Notes under the pieces: generated by a model
The model's input: the letters and a program-made list of their open reading frames with translations, nothing else
Databases searched by the model: none
Told to the model about the DNA's origin: nothing
Made by a program: the position numbers and the translations under genes
IMG/VR virus record: IMGVR_UViG_3300033489_000005
Location: 1 to 64,000 of that record
Strand: one strand, 5' to 3'
DNA from: a virus
Length of the DNA: 64,000 nucleotides
Shown here: piece by piece, positions 9,301 through 18,340 of the stretch
How positions within the stretch are numbered: position 1 is the first letter of the stretch
Layout of the letters: every line of letters starts with the position of its first letter

Positions 9301-12168
9301 AATCTGCGCCTCCCCACGCGCGCCGATGTCACGGAGCTTATGCGCTCGGCGCGCGGCGCTGGCGAGATGGCGGCCGATTATGCTTCGCCAGGCTCCCGGA
9401 TGGAGCGCGCGCAGGCCGCAGACGCCGCAGGCGAGTTCAAATGGAACCCGGCTTCCGGCCGCTCGGAATTTATCTCGGGCGAGCAGCTGGCGCGCGAGCA
9501 GGCGGCGAAAGGAACGCCGCGCCTCGATGCAGAGCGCGGGCAAAGCATCCAGCCGGGAACGCCTTTTGAGGGCGGCCCGCCGCTCCCAGAACGCAGGCCT
9601 GCGACTCCGGCCGCCGCCGAACCCGTTCCGCCCATGCCGGAGCGCAATATTGTCGAGCAGTCCAGGCTTGAGGCGGAGCGCGCCCTTGAGGATGAAAAGC
9701 GCGCCAAGCTTCTGCGCTACTTTGAGGCCGCTCAGGATGCAGTGCGTTTAAACGCTCCCGCTGCTGGCGGCGTGACGCCGGAGGCCGCCGCAGAGCGCGG
9801 ACACGCTGACCGCGCGGCCATCATGGACACGCTGAAGCAGTATTTCCCCCATACGCTCGGCGGCGAACCGATTACGCCCGCCGCGCCAGCTGCAGCGCCC
9901 GCAGAAGCGCCGCGCCAGCATGGGCCGGAGGCGTATCCTAAGGAACTCGGGCTCGGCGACGTCGCGCCAACCAAAGTCCATTCTCAGGAACTCACTGATT
10001 TAGAAAAGGACCTGCAGACAAAAGTCGAGCCTTACTCGGCGGCTGTCGGCGCGCCCAAGGCGCAGACTTTCCAGGAACAGCAGCCGGACCGGTACGCGGC
10101 GGGGGCTCAAACCTCCATGACCAAACGGCTTAAGTTTGAGAACGACTTGGGCGGCGTGACGCGGGACACCGGCGGCAACCCATCCATGGGCAATTACGGC
10201 ATCCTCGCCCGCAAGGGCGGCGCGTCTTCAGGAAGCGACTTTTACGACAACTACGGCGAAAAGCTCGGGTTCACCCATGACCCGCGCCATGACCCGTGGG
10301 GGTTCGCCGCCGATTGGAAGCGCGTCGCCAAGGACAACCCGCAAGGGCTGGAGGCCGCAGAGGACGCGTGGCACAACAAGTTCATCAAAGGCTCCGTGCG
10401 CGCCCACGTTCTGAACGCAAATCTCCCCGGAACGCTCGCCGATGACCCGCGCGTGCAGGAGTACTTTCAGGACCGGTACGTGCAGCACGGCACCGGCATC
10501 AGCAAGGACCCGAACGGCCGCAACGGCGCGGGCCGTCTGAAGCAGGCTTGGGCGAAGGCCGAGGGCGATATCCCGACTTTCTTGAAAGAAATGTCGGCCA
10601 TCGACAAGGCCCATATCCGCCACGACTTTGAGACGTATCTGAGCGAGCATCCCGACCACCAGCCGGGCCTTGAAAAGCGCATCAGCAACCGGCTCGCCGG
10701 GGCGCTTGGCGAAAAGGTTCAGCCGGGCGGAACTTCGGAGCAGGTCACCCAGGCGGCTTCCGATAAGAAGGAGACTGCCGCGAACACGCCGAAGTCGGCG
10801 GCCGAGCTGCTCCCGCACGAGCAGGACCAAGTCGGGTTCATCAAGAAAATCATGGGCGGTTGGAACCCGCTCGAAGGCGTCACCGGCCCTGGAAAAGAGG
10901 GAAAAGACAGTTGGAACCCCCTCGGGCTGACGTCGGACCAGCGCCGCAACCTTATGATGACCGGCCTGCAGATGGCGGGCGGCTCGCCGCTGGGCATGCG
11001 GGCGCTCGCGGGCGGCGCGTCCGGCATGCAGGCCGCGCAGCAGATGCAGATGAACGAGCAGAGCATGGGCATCCAGCGCGCTAAGCTGGCGCTTGACGCC
11101 ATGAACCAGCCGAAGTTCTCGCCGGTTCACTGGACCGACTTCATGGGTATGCAGCACGCGGGCTCGATGGACGTGCACAGTGGCGCGATAACCGAGGCCG
11201 GGCAGACTGCGCCCGTGCCAGCAGGCAGCATTGCGCCGGGGACCGTGCAGGCGGCGCCCGAGGCCGGGGGAGCCGGAGCGCCAGGGGCAGGCGCGGCCGA
11301 CCAGCCAACCGGCAACGCTCAGATAGACCAGATGTTCAAGCAGTATCCGGAGGCTCGCGGCACTGTAGAGGGCCTGCTTGACGGCCGGTTCACGCTTCAG
11401 CAAATCCCGACCCGCCAGCGCGCCGGAATGGAAATGGCGGCGAACGCCGTGGCCAGGACGCGCGGCGAGGTCTACGACCCCGTTAAAATTCAGAAGCAGA
11501 GCGACTTTGAGAAGGACTTTTTAAAGCCCGACTCCAAGACCGCAATCCAGGTCGAGAGCCTGAACCGCGCCAGCGAACATATCGGCACCATGATGGGTCT
11601 GAGCGAGCAGCTTGGCGCAAACACCGGGCTCGGCGACTACCTGTCCGGCAAGGCGGCCGACAACATCACCATGATGCGCGACCCCAAGCGCGAACAGTAC
11701 CGGGTTATGGGTCGCGCCATCGCTTCCGAGCTGGCTAAACTGGAGTCCGGCGGCAAGGGCGCGCAGAAGACAACCGAAGAGTGGGAGTCCATGTTCGACC
11801 CGAGCTTGCCGAAGGCGGTCCGGGACGGCAACATCATGCAGGCCTTCAATATCATGAAGGGCAACATGAAAGGGCTCGACCAGAAGTGGATTAACGGCGC
11901 CCGCAGAGGGAAAAACGGACCGACAATCGACTATATGGCCCCTGAAGTGCGGCAGAACATGCACACCGCGCAGCTCAGATATGAGCAGGCGACCGGCCGC
12001 ACGCCGGAAGGGACTAAGTCAACGGTCGAGAGGCCCCCGGCTCCCATTCCTGAAATCCGGGAACAGCTTGGCCGCGCTCTGAAAAAAGCGGATACGCCGG
12101 AGAAAAAGGCGGCTATCCTTGAGCGCGCTAAGAAGTGGGGCGTTTACGGACTGGAGACTCAGCAGTGA
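6346..12168 (+). CDS. giant (1940 aa) internal-virion/ejection-type polyprotein with two peptidase-S74-like intramolecular chaperone domains
   Basis: Uninterrupted ORF. Two homologous segments, SDERVKENKREVGELFDGQKVYAFNYKGHPTTQLGLMAQEVERRHPESV (7192..7425) and SDERMKENKRVVGRTFDGQNIYAYNYKGHPMTQLGLMAQEVEKRHPGSV (8224..8454), match the S74 pattern SDxRxKxN...GxxAQEVexxxPexV. Confidence 0.7.
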   Translation: MMGGGSQNQDTSQTYTPNAEAMSAFRGVMSGAQGVANRNQTWNPAMAQRVAGQNAMQTQGYSGIQGQLGQYSPQVNEALGMTSAAGQNITGEDISRYQNPYTQQVINATMANAQQQQGAGMANVVGNQIAQNAQGGDRAMLQKALTQGQYAMANNQTIAGLEQQGYNTALATAQGEKGRQLQAGMGLMSEAGAAQNYNLQGLGAMIGAGGAQQGQQQNEYNAATQNATSQTMWPMQLQQWLAGITGSMGSLMGGTTTGTSQTTEHPGFYNYLGAGMGGLSAMSDERVKENKREVGELFDGQKVYAFNYKGHPTTQLGLMAQEVERRHPESVGQTEDGVKTVQYDMATDRAAKRGNFADGGAPGFGGSNPWDTASSPWGSLIQSAPQIHSGGFNPPVAAGTAPAPMSSKDKEQREQAQQGKQGGQGMKDIYNKYLNKEGTGTPGSTGTPSTANGWEAKTVPSSELGGSTDLTVTTPVETVSESTSGLGSMGASAPASAAPSSMMGAAPAGAGAAAPIGEAATGFGGAATGAGGASLASTGSLGAALSAGMGGAGAAGAAGAGAAGAGAAGAAGAGAAGAGAAGAAGAGAAGAAGAGTAAAGSAAAAGAAGAGGAAGGGLGALIGALFSDERMKENKRVVGRTFDGQNIYAYNYKGHPMTQLGLMAQEVEKRHPGSVGEHGGMKTVQYDRAIQAASRRGHFANGGDASSNDDMRRHAERMLHLASGGAAQNFADGGEPFINPDEFTFDAPEPYEPTKRDYGHFDPYGGVSASGNIENMIPGGFSAKRAYRREQADNAYNLKNPEDSQKDTTETPLDTPDIRDGMWRSPHEQRTHFDPYMGKFPVMEPIVPHEQVKTMVRAPEVPEPGEPKGRALPDYAPKLSHEMLSDRPLTSAPVATALAEAKMARNQGLDQPPETMARGRLPAEGAGQRPSFEIPKFPAGVDVADVGRAAINKITDPYAEALRERVSDAGGLYAQAGREARGLAPNLRLPTRADVTELMRSARGAGEMAADYASPGSRMERAQAADAAGEFKWNPASGRSEFISGEQLAREQAAKGTPRLDAERGQSIQPGTPFEGGPPLPERRPATPAAAEPVPPMPERNIVEQSRLEAERALEDEKRAKLLRYFEAAQDAVRLNAPAAGGVTPEAAAERGHADRAAIMDTLKQYFPHTLGGEPITPAAPAAAPAEAPRQHGPEAYPKELGLGDVAPTKVHSQELTDLEKDLQTKVEPYSAAVGAPKAQTFQEQQPDRYAAGAQTSMTKRLKFENDLGGVTRDTGGNPSMGNYGILARKGGASSGSDFYDNYGEKLGFTHDPRHDPWGFAADWKRVAKDNPQGLEAAEDAWHNKFIKGSVRAHVLNANLPGTLADDPRVQEYFQDRYVQHGTGISKDPNGRNGAGRLKQAWAKAEGDIPTFLKEMSAIDKAHIRHDFETYLSEHPDHQPGLEKRISNRLAGALGEKVQPGGTSEQVTQAASDKKETAANTPKSAAELLPHEQDQVGFIKKIMGGWNPLEGVTGPGKEGKDSWNPLGLTSDQRRNLMMTGLQMAGGSPLGMRALAGGASGMQAAQQMQMNEQSMGIQRAKLALDAMNQPKFSPVHWTDFMGMQHAGSMDVHSGAITEAGQTAPVPAGSIAPGTVQAAPEAGGAGAPGAGAADQPTGNAQIDQMFKQYPEARGTVEGLLDGRFTLQQIPTRQRAGMEMAANAVARTRGEVYDPVKIQKQSDFEKDFLKPDSKTAIQVESLNRASEHIGTMMGLSEQLGANTGLGDYLSGKAADNITMMRDPKREQYRVMGRAIASELAKLESGGKGAQKTTEEWESMFDPSLPKAVRDGNIMQAFNIMKGNMKGLDQKWINGARRGKNGPTIDYMAPEVRQNMHTAQLRYEQATGRTPEGTKSTVERPPAPIPEIREQLGRALKKADTPEKKAAILERAKKWGVYGLETQQ
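7987..8190 (+). repeat. Ala/Gly low-complexity coding repeat (GAAGAAGAGAAGAG...)
   Basis: Reiterated gccggagc(c/t)gc(t/c)gg units at the DNA level. They encode about 68 aa of (A/G)n between the two S74-like domains. Confidence 0.85.
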
Positions 12169-13982
12169 GCGGCACCGAGCTATTTGACGATATCCTGAAC
12201 GCTCCCTCGCATGCGCCCGTAAGAACGGCGGATGCGGGGCCGTCCAACACGCCTCTGTTTGACGACGTTCTTCAGAACGCGCCGCGAGGCGAGCAGAACC
12301 CGTCCATCCGGCGGCCGGTAGAGCGTGCATCGGAGACCGCGCCCGAGCCAGGGTTCGGGTCTTCAAAAATCGGCCGGTTCGCCCTCGGCGCAGCTGAGCC
12401 GGTTGTCGGCGCCGCACAGATGGTTTCCCATCTTATGCCGTTCGGCGGCGAGACCATGGATTCAGCCGCGGGGGCGTTTAAACGCTACCAAGAGGACCGC
12501 CGCCGGGCGGCGGGCATCGAGCCGGGCGGCTGGGATGTGCCCGGCCTTATCGGCAACATCGCGGCGACGGCCATGCCGTTGGCGCGCGCCGCCTCGATGG
12601 CGTCCAAGGCCCCATCGTATCTCGGCATGATGGGCCGGGGCGCGGCGGCCGGAGCCGCCGGAGCCGCTGCAGAGCCGATTGCAGACACGTCTGAAGGGTA
12701 TTGGGGCCAGAAGGCCGGGAACGTCGCCCTTGGCGCAGGCCTCGGCGCGGGCGCTGGCGTCCTCGGCGAGACGGCCGCCCGCGTCGCGCTGCCGGTTATC
12801 GATGAAAAGGCGCGCTGGCTCGCCGAGCGAGGCGTGCGCACCACCATCGGCCAGACCATCGGCGGCTGGGCGAAACGAGCTGAAAACGTCGCCGAGTCTC
12901 TTCCATTCGTTGGCGAGAGTATCCGCCAGAAGCGCGAACAGGCGATGCATGACGCATGGCGCGGCATGGGCAAGGAGACAGCCGGGCTCGTCGGCGAGAC
13001 TATTCCCGAAGATATGCCGACCGAAGATATCCTGAAGCACCTTGGCGGCATGGGGGCGGACGCCAACGCGGCGGCCGGGCAAACCCCAGGCGGCATACTT
13101 GGTCAGAAATTCGATGAGGCCTATCAGAACGCCGCCCTGCTGCCGCAAGGGCCGTCTGGCGTTGGGAACCGAACGTTCGCACGGCTGAAGACCAATATGA
13201 AGGCGCAGGCCCGGCGCGCGCTTACCGAGTCTGAATTCGAAGCGTTCGAAAAGAAGATGAATACGCACGTTGACGACGTCATTAAAAAGGCGGCGCACCC
13301 TTCAAGAGGCGGCAGAGGCGCGCCCATCGCCGGTAAAGACCTTCAGCAGATGATTTCTGACCTAAAAGGGTTAGAAACTGAGGCTTATAACGCTGGTTCG
13401 ACAACTGAGCGCAATCTTGCGCCGTGGTATACAAAGTACCGCGAAGCTATCGAGACGGCCGCCGATACGAATACGCCGGGTTTTATACAGAAACTTGAGG
13501 CCGCAAGCGACGCGTGGAGCAATTTCACGCGCATGCAGAAGGCGGCCGGGACCTCGGCGGCTATCGGCCATGATAATATCCCGACCATGACGCAATTCGC
13601 GTCGGCTGTCGCGCACCTGGACCCGTCGACCCGGAACCGGCTGACAAGCACCGGCCGCTCGCCGCTGCAGGAGTGGCCGGAACACGGCAAGGCGGTGTTG
13701 CCCGCCAAAGTCTCCGACTCCGGCACGCCGGAGCGCGGGTTCTGGGGAGGCCTCGGCGCGGCGGTGGCGACCGGCACCCTGCCACATGTCGCCATTCCCG
13801 CTATCGCGGCGACCGGCATAGGGATTCCAACGCTCTACACGAACACGGGTCAGAATCTTGCCCGGCGGTATCTGCTCTCGCGCACCGCGCCACAGCGGGC
13901 CATCGCCGGGACAATCAGAAATGCAACTCCATGGGGGAGCCTCTACGCCGGTCACGAAGTCGCCGACAGAGAACAGCCATAA
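12135..13982 (+). CDS. internal virion protein (hypothetical)
   Basis: 615-aa ORF. The true start may be GTG at 12165, overlapping the upstream TGA as GTGA. It has Ala/Gly-rich hydrophobic stretches. Confidence 0.65.
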   Translation: MGRLRTGDSAVSGTELFDDILNAPSHAPVRTADAGPSNTPLFDDVLQNAPRGEQNPSIRRPVERASETAPEPGFGSSKIGRFALGAAEPVVGAAQMVSHLMPFGGETMDSAAGAFKRYQEDRRRAAGIEPGGWDVPGLIGNIAATAMPLARAASMASKAPSYLGMMGRGAAAGAAGAAAEPIADTSEGYWGQKAGNVALGAGLGAGAGVLGETAARVALPVIDEKARWLAERGVRTTIGQTIGGWAKRAENVAESLPFVGESIRQKREQAMHDAWRGMGKETAGLVGETIPEDMPTEDILKHLGGMGADANAAAGQTPGGILGQKFDEAYQNAALLPQGPSGVGNRTFARLKTNMKAQARRALTESEFEAFEKKMNTHVDDVIKKAAHPSRGGRGAPIAGKDLQQMISDLKGLETEAYNAGSTTERNLAPWYTKYREAIETAADTNTPGFIQKLEAASDAWSNFTRMQKAAGTSAAIGHDNIPTMTQFASAVAHLDPSTRNRLTSTGRSPLQEWPEHGKAVLPAKVSDSGTPERGFWGGLGAAVATGTLPHVAIPAIAATGIGIPTLYTNTGQNLARRYLLSRTAPQRAIAGTIRNATPWGSLYAGHEVADREQP

Positions 13983-13994
13983 GGAACGGGCGTC

Positions 13995-14810
13995 ATGCCA
14001 GCAACAGTTTATAAGGGATACAGCGTCCCGACGCCGGGCACCGAGAGCGGTACATGGGGCGCAGACCTGAACGCCAACACTTTCGCCGTAATTGACTCCA
14101 ATCTCGGCGGCATTGTGACGAAAACTCTCAGCAACGCGCCCGTCACGCTTTCGGCGGCCGAGAGCCAGAACCTTATCTTGAGGCTGACCGGCACGCTAAC
14201 CAGCGCGGTTCAGGTCACCACCGCGTGCCAGGGGTTGACGATTATCGAGAACGCCACGACCGGCGCGTTCAACGTGACGCTGGCGAACGGCTTCGGGACG
14301 CCTGTTTTCTGTAAACAGGGGTATCAGACGCTTGTCGTGTTCGATACGACCAACGGCCCGCGCGTCGTGTCGGACTCGACAATATGGGGTCTGGCGACTG
14401 CTGGGGCGGTTATCCGGAGCGCGGCGGGCGTTATCAGCACCGACTCGTGTGTGGCCTCGGCGCAGTTTCAGCGCGATAACGGCGGCGCGGCGCTGACAAC
14501 CGGCATCCAGGGCGATATCCTGATTCCTTTCGCCGGGACAATCACGGGGGCGACCCTGCTTGCCGACGTCTCCGGCTCCATGATTGTTGACCTATGGAAA
14601 GCGCCGTATGCGTCATTCCCGCCAACCGTCGCCAACACCATAGTTTCACTGACCCCGCCGACTCTCGCGACGGCTAACAAATATCAGGATACGACGTTAA
14701 CCGGCTGGACAACGGCGATTGCTGCAAACGACGTTATTAGGGTTAATATTAACAGTGTAACGACTATAAGCCGCTTCGTTATCGCGCTTTCAATCGCGAG
14801 ATACACATGA
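13995..14810 (+). CDS. tail fibre / receptor-binding-type protein
   Basis: 271-aa ORF. The N-terminus YSVPTPGTESGTWGADLNANTFAVIDSNLG resembles the conserved N-terminal motif of phage tail fibres. It sits next to the Gly-rich fibre paralogue. Confidence 0.5.
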   Translation: MPATVYKGYSVPTPGTESGTWGADLNANTFAVIDSNLGGIVTKTLSNAPVTLSAAESQNLILRLTGTLTSAVQVTTACQGLTIIENATTGAFNVTLANGFGTPVFCKQGYQTLVVFDTTNGPRVVSDSTIWGLATAGAVIRSAAGVISTDSCVASAQFQRDNGGAALTTGIQGDILIPFAGTITGATLLADVSGSMIVDLWKAPYASFPPTVANTIVSLTPPTLATANKYQDTTLTGWTTAIAANDVIRVNINSVTTISRFVIALSIARYT

Positions 14811-15622
14811 CGATTATAAATCTGTTCTACACTTTTGGTTCAGGAACTGTCCCGACCCCTAGCGGTTGGAACCCAACCGATAACTCGTGCAAATGCTGGG
14901 GCGCTGGCGGAGGCGGAGGGGGCGGCGGCTCCGATAACAATAACCATGGCGTGTCCGGAGGCGGAGGCGGAGGGGGCGGCTTCTCTTCGGCCGCCAACGT
15001 CACGCTGCCGTTCGGCGGCTCGACCGCCTATAGCGTCGCCTCCGGAGGAGCGGGAGGCAGCCACTACACGACCGGAACCGCTGGAGGCCAGACTACGTTC
15101 GGGGCTATTCTGCTGGCGAACGGCGGCAACGGCGGCGGGGGCGGCGTTGGCGGTGGAGGCGGGGGCGGCCTTGGGGGGTCAACGACTGGCGCTATCGGGG
15201 ACGTCAAATATGGAGGCGGCCGAGGCGCGTCTGGCGGTCTGTCGCCAAACTCGGGCGGCGGAGGCGGCGGCGCTGGCGGTCCGGCTGGCGTAGGAGGGAC
15301 GGCTACAGCTGGCTCCGCGTCGGCGGGCGCGGCGGGCGGCTTTGGCTCCGGCGGCGCGGGCGGGACCGGCGGCACAGCGGGCACAGGCGGAACCGGGACC
15401 GAAGTTGACGCCACGCACGGGTCAGGCGGAGGCGGCGGCGGACGGTATTATGCGAACTCGGGCGCAGGCGGCACAGGCGGCGCTTATGGCGGCGGCGGCG
15501 GCGGTTCGGGCGGCTATGATAACGGCGGCTACGGCGGGCCGGGCGGCGTGGGCGGCCATGGCCTCCTTGCTCTCACATATACGAGAGTCATCCCAAATAT
15601 TATAACGATGATCATCTGCTAA
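14807..15622 (+). CDS. glycine-rich tail-associated protein (paralogue of 2..1237 C-terminal domain)
   Basis: Shares VDATHGSGGGGGG...GLLALTYT and overall poly-Gly architecture with the first ORF. ATGA overlap with the upstream gene. Confidence 0.7.
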   Translation: MTIINLFYTFGSGTVPTPSGWNPTDNSCKCWGAGGGGGGGGSDNNNHGVSGGGGGGGGFSSAANVTLPFGGSTAYSVASGGAGGSHYTTGTAGGQTTFGAILLANGGNGGGGGVGGGGGGGLGGSTTGAIGDVKYGGGRGASGGLSPNSGGGGGGAGGPAGVGGTATAGSASAGAAGGFGSGGAGGTGGTAGTGGTGTEVDATHGSGGGGGGRYYANSGAGGTGGAYGGGGGGSGGYDNGGYGGPGGVGGHGLLALTYTRVIPNIITMIIC

Positions 15623-15637
15623 CTGAACAGGTCCAGC

Positions 15638-17128
15638 ATGGCGAAAAACCTCAGCTTCTCATTCAACCGGGAAGAATACAACGCCTTGGCCGCATGCGCG
15701 CATCCGTCAAATGCGGAGCAAGCAGCCAAAATCCTCAACCGCGCCCATGTAATCCTTCGCTTTAAACCTCGGTATATGGCGGTTCAGCAAAGAACCGGCA
15801 TTCCGGCGCTTTGGTACATGGTGATTAATGAACGGGAGTCAGGCGGAGACTTCAGAACGTATCTCGGCAACGGGCAGTCCCTGCGCCGGGTCACGACCCT
15901 TGTTCCGGCCGGGCGGGGACCATGGGCAAGCTGGGAGGATGGCGCAATTGACGCGACCACTTATGACCATGTCGGGCGTCCAGGCCCGGATGGCTGGACG
16001 TGGTCCTGGTTCCTTTTCAAATGCGAGGGATGGAACGGGTTTGGCCCCAGGCTGCGCGGCCGTCATACCGGATACCTGTGGGCCGGGACGCAGGCCTATG
16101 ACGGCGGAAAATACGTGGCGGATGGCGTATGGGATGCGACCGCCCACGATACGCAGCCCGGATGCTACCCGCTCGCCCGCGCGCTCGTTCAGCTCGACTC
16201 ATCGCTAAAACTTATCGGCGAACCTCCGTTCTCTACATCTTGGGGCGTGGAGAGCGGCAAGCCACTACCTGTTGTGTCCAAGCCTGAACCGCAACCATTA
16301 AAGCTTACCGGCATCCGCTGGCTGCAGGTTTCGCTGAACAAGATTCAGGGCTCAGGCCTGATTGTAGATGGCTCGTACGGGCGGCATACTCGGGCGGCGG
16401 TCAGACGCTTCCAGGATATTCACGGACTGAACGTTGATGGGCAAGCCGGTGACCTGACGTGTTCAGCTATTGACGCACAACTCATCGTTATGTCAAAATC
16501 TGCAGGCATTCCGACAGAGTTAGCCGCTGCCCCCTCAAACTCTGCCCCCCAAAAAGGACGGTCCATGGACTTCACATCAATCATCAATCTCGCTCGGCTT
16601 GTGGCGCCCAAGTTCGTGCCCGCGCTCGGCGCGGTGAATCCGCTTCTGCCAGTCGCGCTCGAAGCGCTTGGCAAGGCGTTGGGGGCCGATGGCCCTCATA
16701 CGGGCGACACCATCACAGCCGCAGCGAAAGAAAAGCTGCCCGATGAAGTGGCGAACGCCATCAAGTTGGCGGCTGTCGAGTATGCAAAGCACGTCACGGG
16801 GGCTGCAACCTCCATCGGCGTGTCTGTCGGCGACGCAGCTGTTTACCGCCCGGCCTCTCCCGTGACCACGCCAGTAAGCGCGCCTGCCCCGCTGCCGTCG
16901 ACCGGAGGCATTCTCATGAATCCATGGATTCAAAGCGGCCTCCACGTCATCAGCGGCCTCGGCGGCGTTATCGCCGGGTCCGGGCTGCTCGACCCCAACG
17001 GCCCCCTCGCGGGCCTCACCAACGGGCGGCCTGTTCTCGGGCTGTTGTTTGTCATCGCGTCGTCCGTCATCAACCATTACATGATTAAGGCGTCCAATGA
17101 GGCGACTGTTCAGGCTGGCCTGAAATAA
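15638..17128 (+). CDS. peptidoglycan hydrolase (endolysin-like) with PG_binding_1-like domain and hydrophobic C-terminus
   Basis: The N-terminal lysozyme-family-like region contains INERESGG...GRGPWASWEDGAIDA. The central WLQVSLNKI..LIVDGSYGRHTRAAVRRFQDIHGLNVDGQAG resembles a PG-binding repeat. The C-terminal roughly 70 aa are hydrophobic and Gly-rich. Confidence 0.6.
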   Translation: MAKNLSFSFNREEYNALAACAHPSNAEQAAKILNRAHVILRFKPRYMAVQQRTGIPALWYMVINERESGGDFRTYLGNGQSLRRVTTLVPAGRGPWASWEDGAIDATTYDHVGRPGPDGWTWSWFLFKCEGWNGFGPRLRGRHTGYLWAGTQAYDGGKYVADGVWDATAHDTQPGCYPLARALVQLDSSLKLIGEPPFSTSWGVESGKPLPVVSKPEPQPLKLTGIRWLQVSLNKIQGSGLIVDGSYGRHTRAAVRRFQDIHGLNVDGQAGDLTCSAIDAQLIVMSKSAGIPTELAAAPSNSAPQKGRSMDFTSIINLARLVAPKFVPALGAVNPLLPVALEALGKALGADGPHTGDTITAAAKEKLPDEVANAIKLAAVEYAKHVTGAATSIGVSVGDAAVYRPASPVTTPVSAPAPLPSTGGILMNPWIQSGLHVISGLGGVIAGSGLLDPNGPLAGLTNGRPVLGLLFVIASSVINHYMIKASNEATVQAGLK

Positions 17129-17136
17129 GCATGCAT

Positions 17137-17175
17137 CCGCCCGGCGCTATTTTGTAGCGCCGGGCGTTCTTTTGA
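17137..17175 (+). terminator. rho-independent terminator
   Basis: Stem CCGCCCGGCGCT / AGCGCCGGGCG with loop attttgt, followed by ttcttttgag. Confidence 0.75.
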
Positions 17176-17203
17176 GACTTTTTCAGGCGGGTTGGGCGTT
17201 GTT

Positions 17204-17653
17204 ATGGTAAGAAAGACGACCGAAAACGGAACGCCAACATCGGAGCGCCCGGTGCATGAACGTATTTCACGTCTGGAGGGGAACTACGAGACGCTGGCGT
17301 CTCGCATCGGCGGCGTTGAAGTCAAGATGGATAGAATGCTGGACATTCTGTCGCAGCAGAAAGCCAAGCAGCTCCCCCCGATTCAAACAATTCTGACCAC
17401 GGCCGCCATCAGCATGGGACTCATATCGAGCCTGTTAGGGGGTTTTTTTTGGCTGGTGGATGCGAGAGTTGGTTCCGCAGTTGCCGACAGCAACAAATTC
17501 ATGAACCAGATGACCGACAAAGGCGGGATATGGGTGACCCTGTCGAGGATGGAAGACCGTTTAAACGGGCTGGAGAAGGACGTTAACGGCGTTGTGAAAT
17601 GGCGCCCGGTCATCTCCAGCGAAGCGGAGCAACCGGGCGCCCAGAGGCGTTAG
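17204..17653 (+). CDS. membrane protein, holin- or i-spanin-like (lysis module)
   Basis: One TM segment (ILTTAAISMGLISSLLGGFFWLV) followed by a coiled-coil-like tail, immediately after the lysin. The ATG at 17204 is preferred over the track start at 17192. Confidence 0.5.
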   Translation: MVRKTTENGTPTSERPVHERISRLEGNYETLASRIGGVEVKMDRMLDILSQQKAKQLPPIQTILTTAAISMGLISSLLGGFFWLVDARVGSAVADSNKFMNQMTDKGGIWVTLSRMEDRLNGLEKDVNGVVKWRPVISSEAEQPGAQRR

Positions 17654-18336
17654 GCCGGGAAGTTCAGCGCATACCACTTCTCGTAAAGAACAGTGTACAC
17701 GCCGTCAAAACGCTCCCCTTCTTTCAGTATCATGAAGACTGTGCGGGCTCCGCCTCGATGAAGGCCAAGGCGCACCTTGTTCGACCCATCGCTAAACCCA
17801 GACATTGTGGACACATCCCTGAGGTCAATCACCGTGGGTAGACCGCCAACGTCGCGAAACGCCTGCACCGTCCCCGTCATGCGCGGCGGCATCTCCATAA
17901 CCGGCCCAAGCTGGCCCACGACGGACGGAGGGGACGCGGGGAACTGGGGCCGGGTCTGGACTGGGGAGACTATTACCCCACTTTTCAACAGCTCATCAGC
18001 CATCGCCGTAAGCGCCTTGCGTGGCGTTGCAGGCGTGGGCGCAACCGGCTCAACGACCTTTGCCGGACGCCCAACCTTCTTTGGCGGCTCAACTTCATGG
18101 AGTTTCCGCCACGCCGCTGTCATCTCAATAAACTTGTCGGCAGACCTATTCAAAAGTTCAATGCCGGACGCCCGCTCAGACGCCAGGGAGTATTCGTACC
18201 AGCCGCCGGGAACCACGACCCCCACTGTGTTCTGCCCAATTCTGATAATCGCGTTGACTTCTGAAAGGTTAATCAAAGCTTCATGAATAGCTGGCTCTTT
18301 TGAATTCTCTTTATAGTAAAGCTGAATTATATTCAT
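17650..18336 (-). CDS. hypothetical protein
   Basis: 228-aa ORF, last gene of the leftward module, convergent with the lysis genes. Confidence 0.7.
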   Translation of the reverse strand: MNIIQLYYKENSKEPAIHEALINLSEVNAIIRIGQNTVGVVVPGGWYEYSLASERASGIELLNRSADKFIEMTAAWRKLHEVEPPKKVGRPAKVVEPVAPTPATPRKALTAMADELLKSGVIVSPVQTRPQFPASPPSVVGQLGPVMEMPPRMTGTVQAFRDVGGLPTVIDLRDVSTMSGFSDGSNKVRLGLHRGGARTVFMILKEGERFDGVYTVLYEKWYALNFPA

Positions 18337-18340
18337 CTGG

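Noticed and set aside
6322-11403. Long antisense ORFs inside the 1940-aa gene (6322..7509 -, 7632..8267 -, 10228..11403 -, and others).
   Set aside because: Their compositions are Arg/Leu/Ala/Pro-rich, typical of GC-rich antisense frames. The plus frame has recognisable domains and uninterrupted operon context.
6346-12168. The giant ORF as a virion RNA polymerase (N4-like).
   Set aside because: I could not see any polymerase-type catalytic motifs. The recognisable parts are S74-like domains, low-complexity linkers and a possible muralytic segment.
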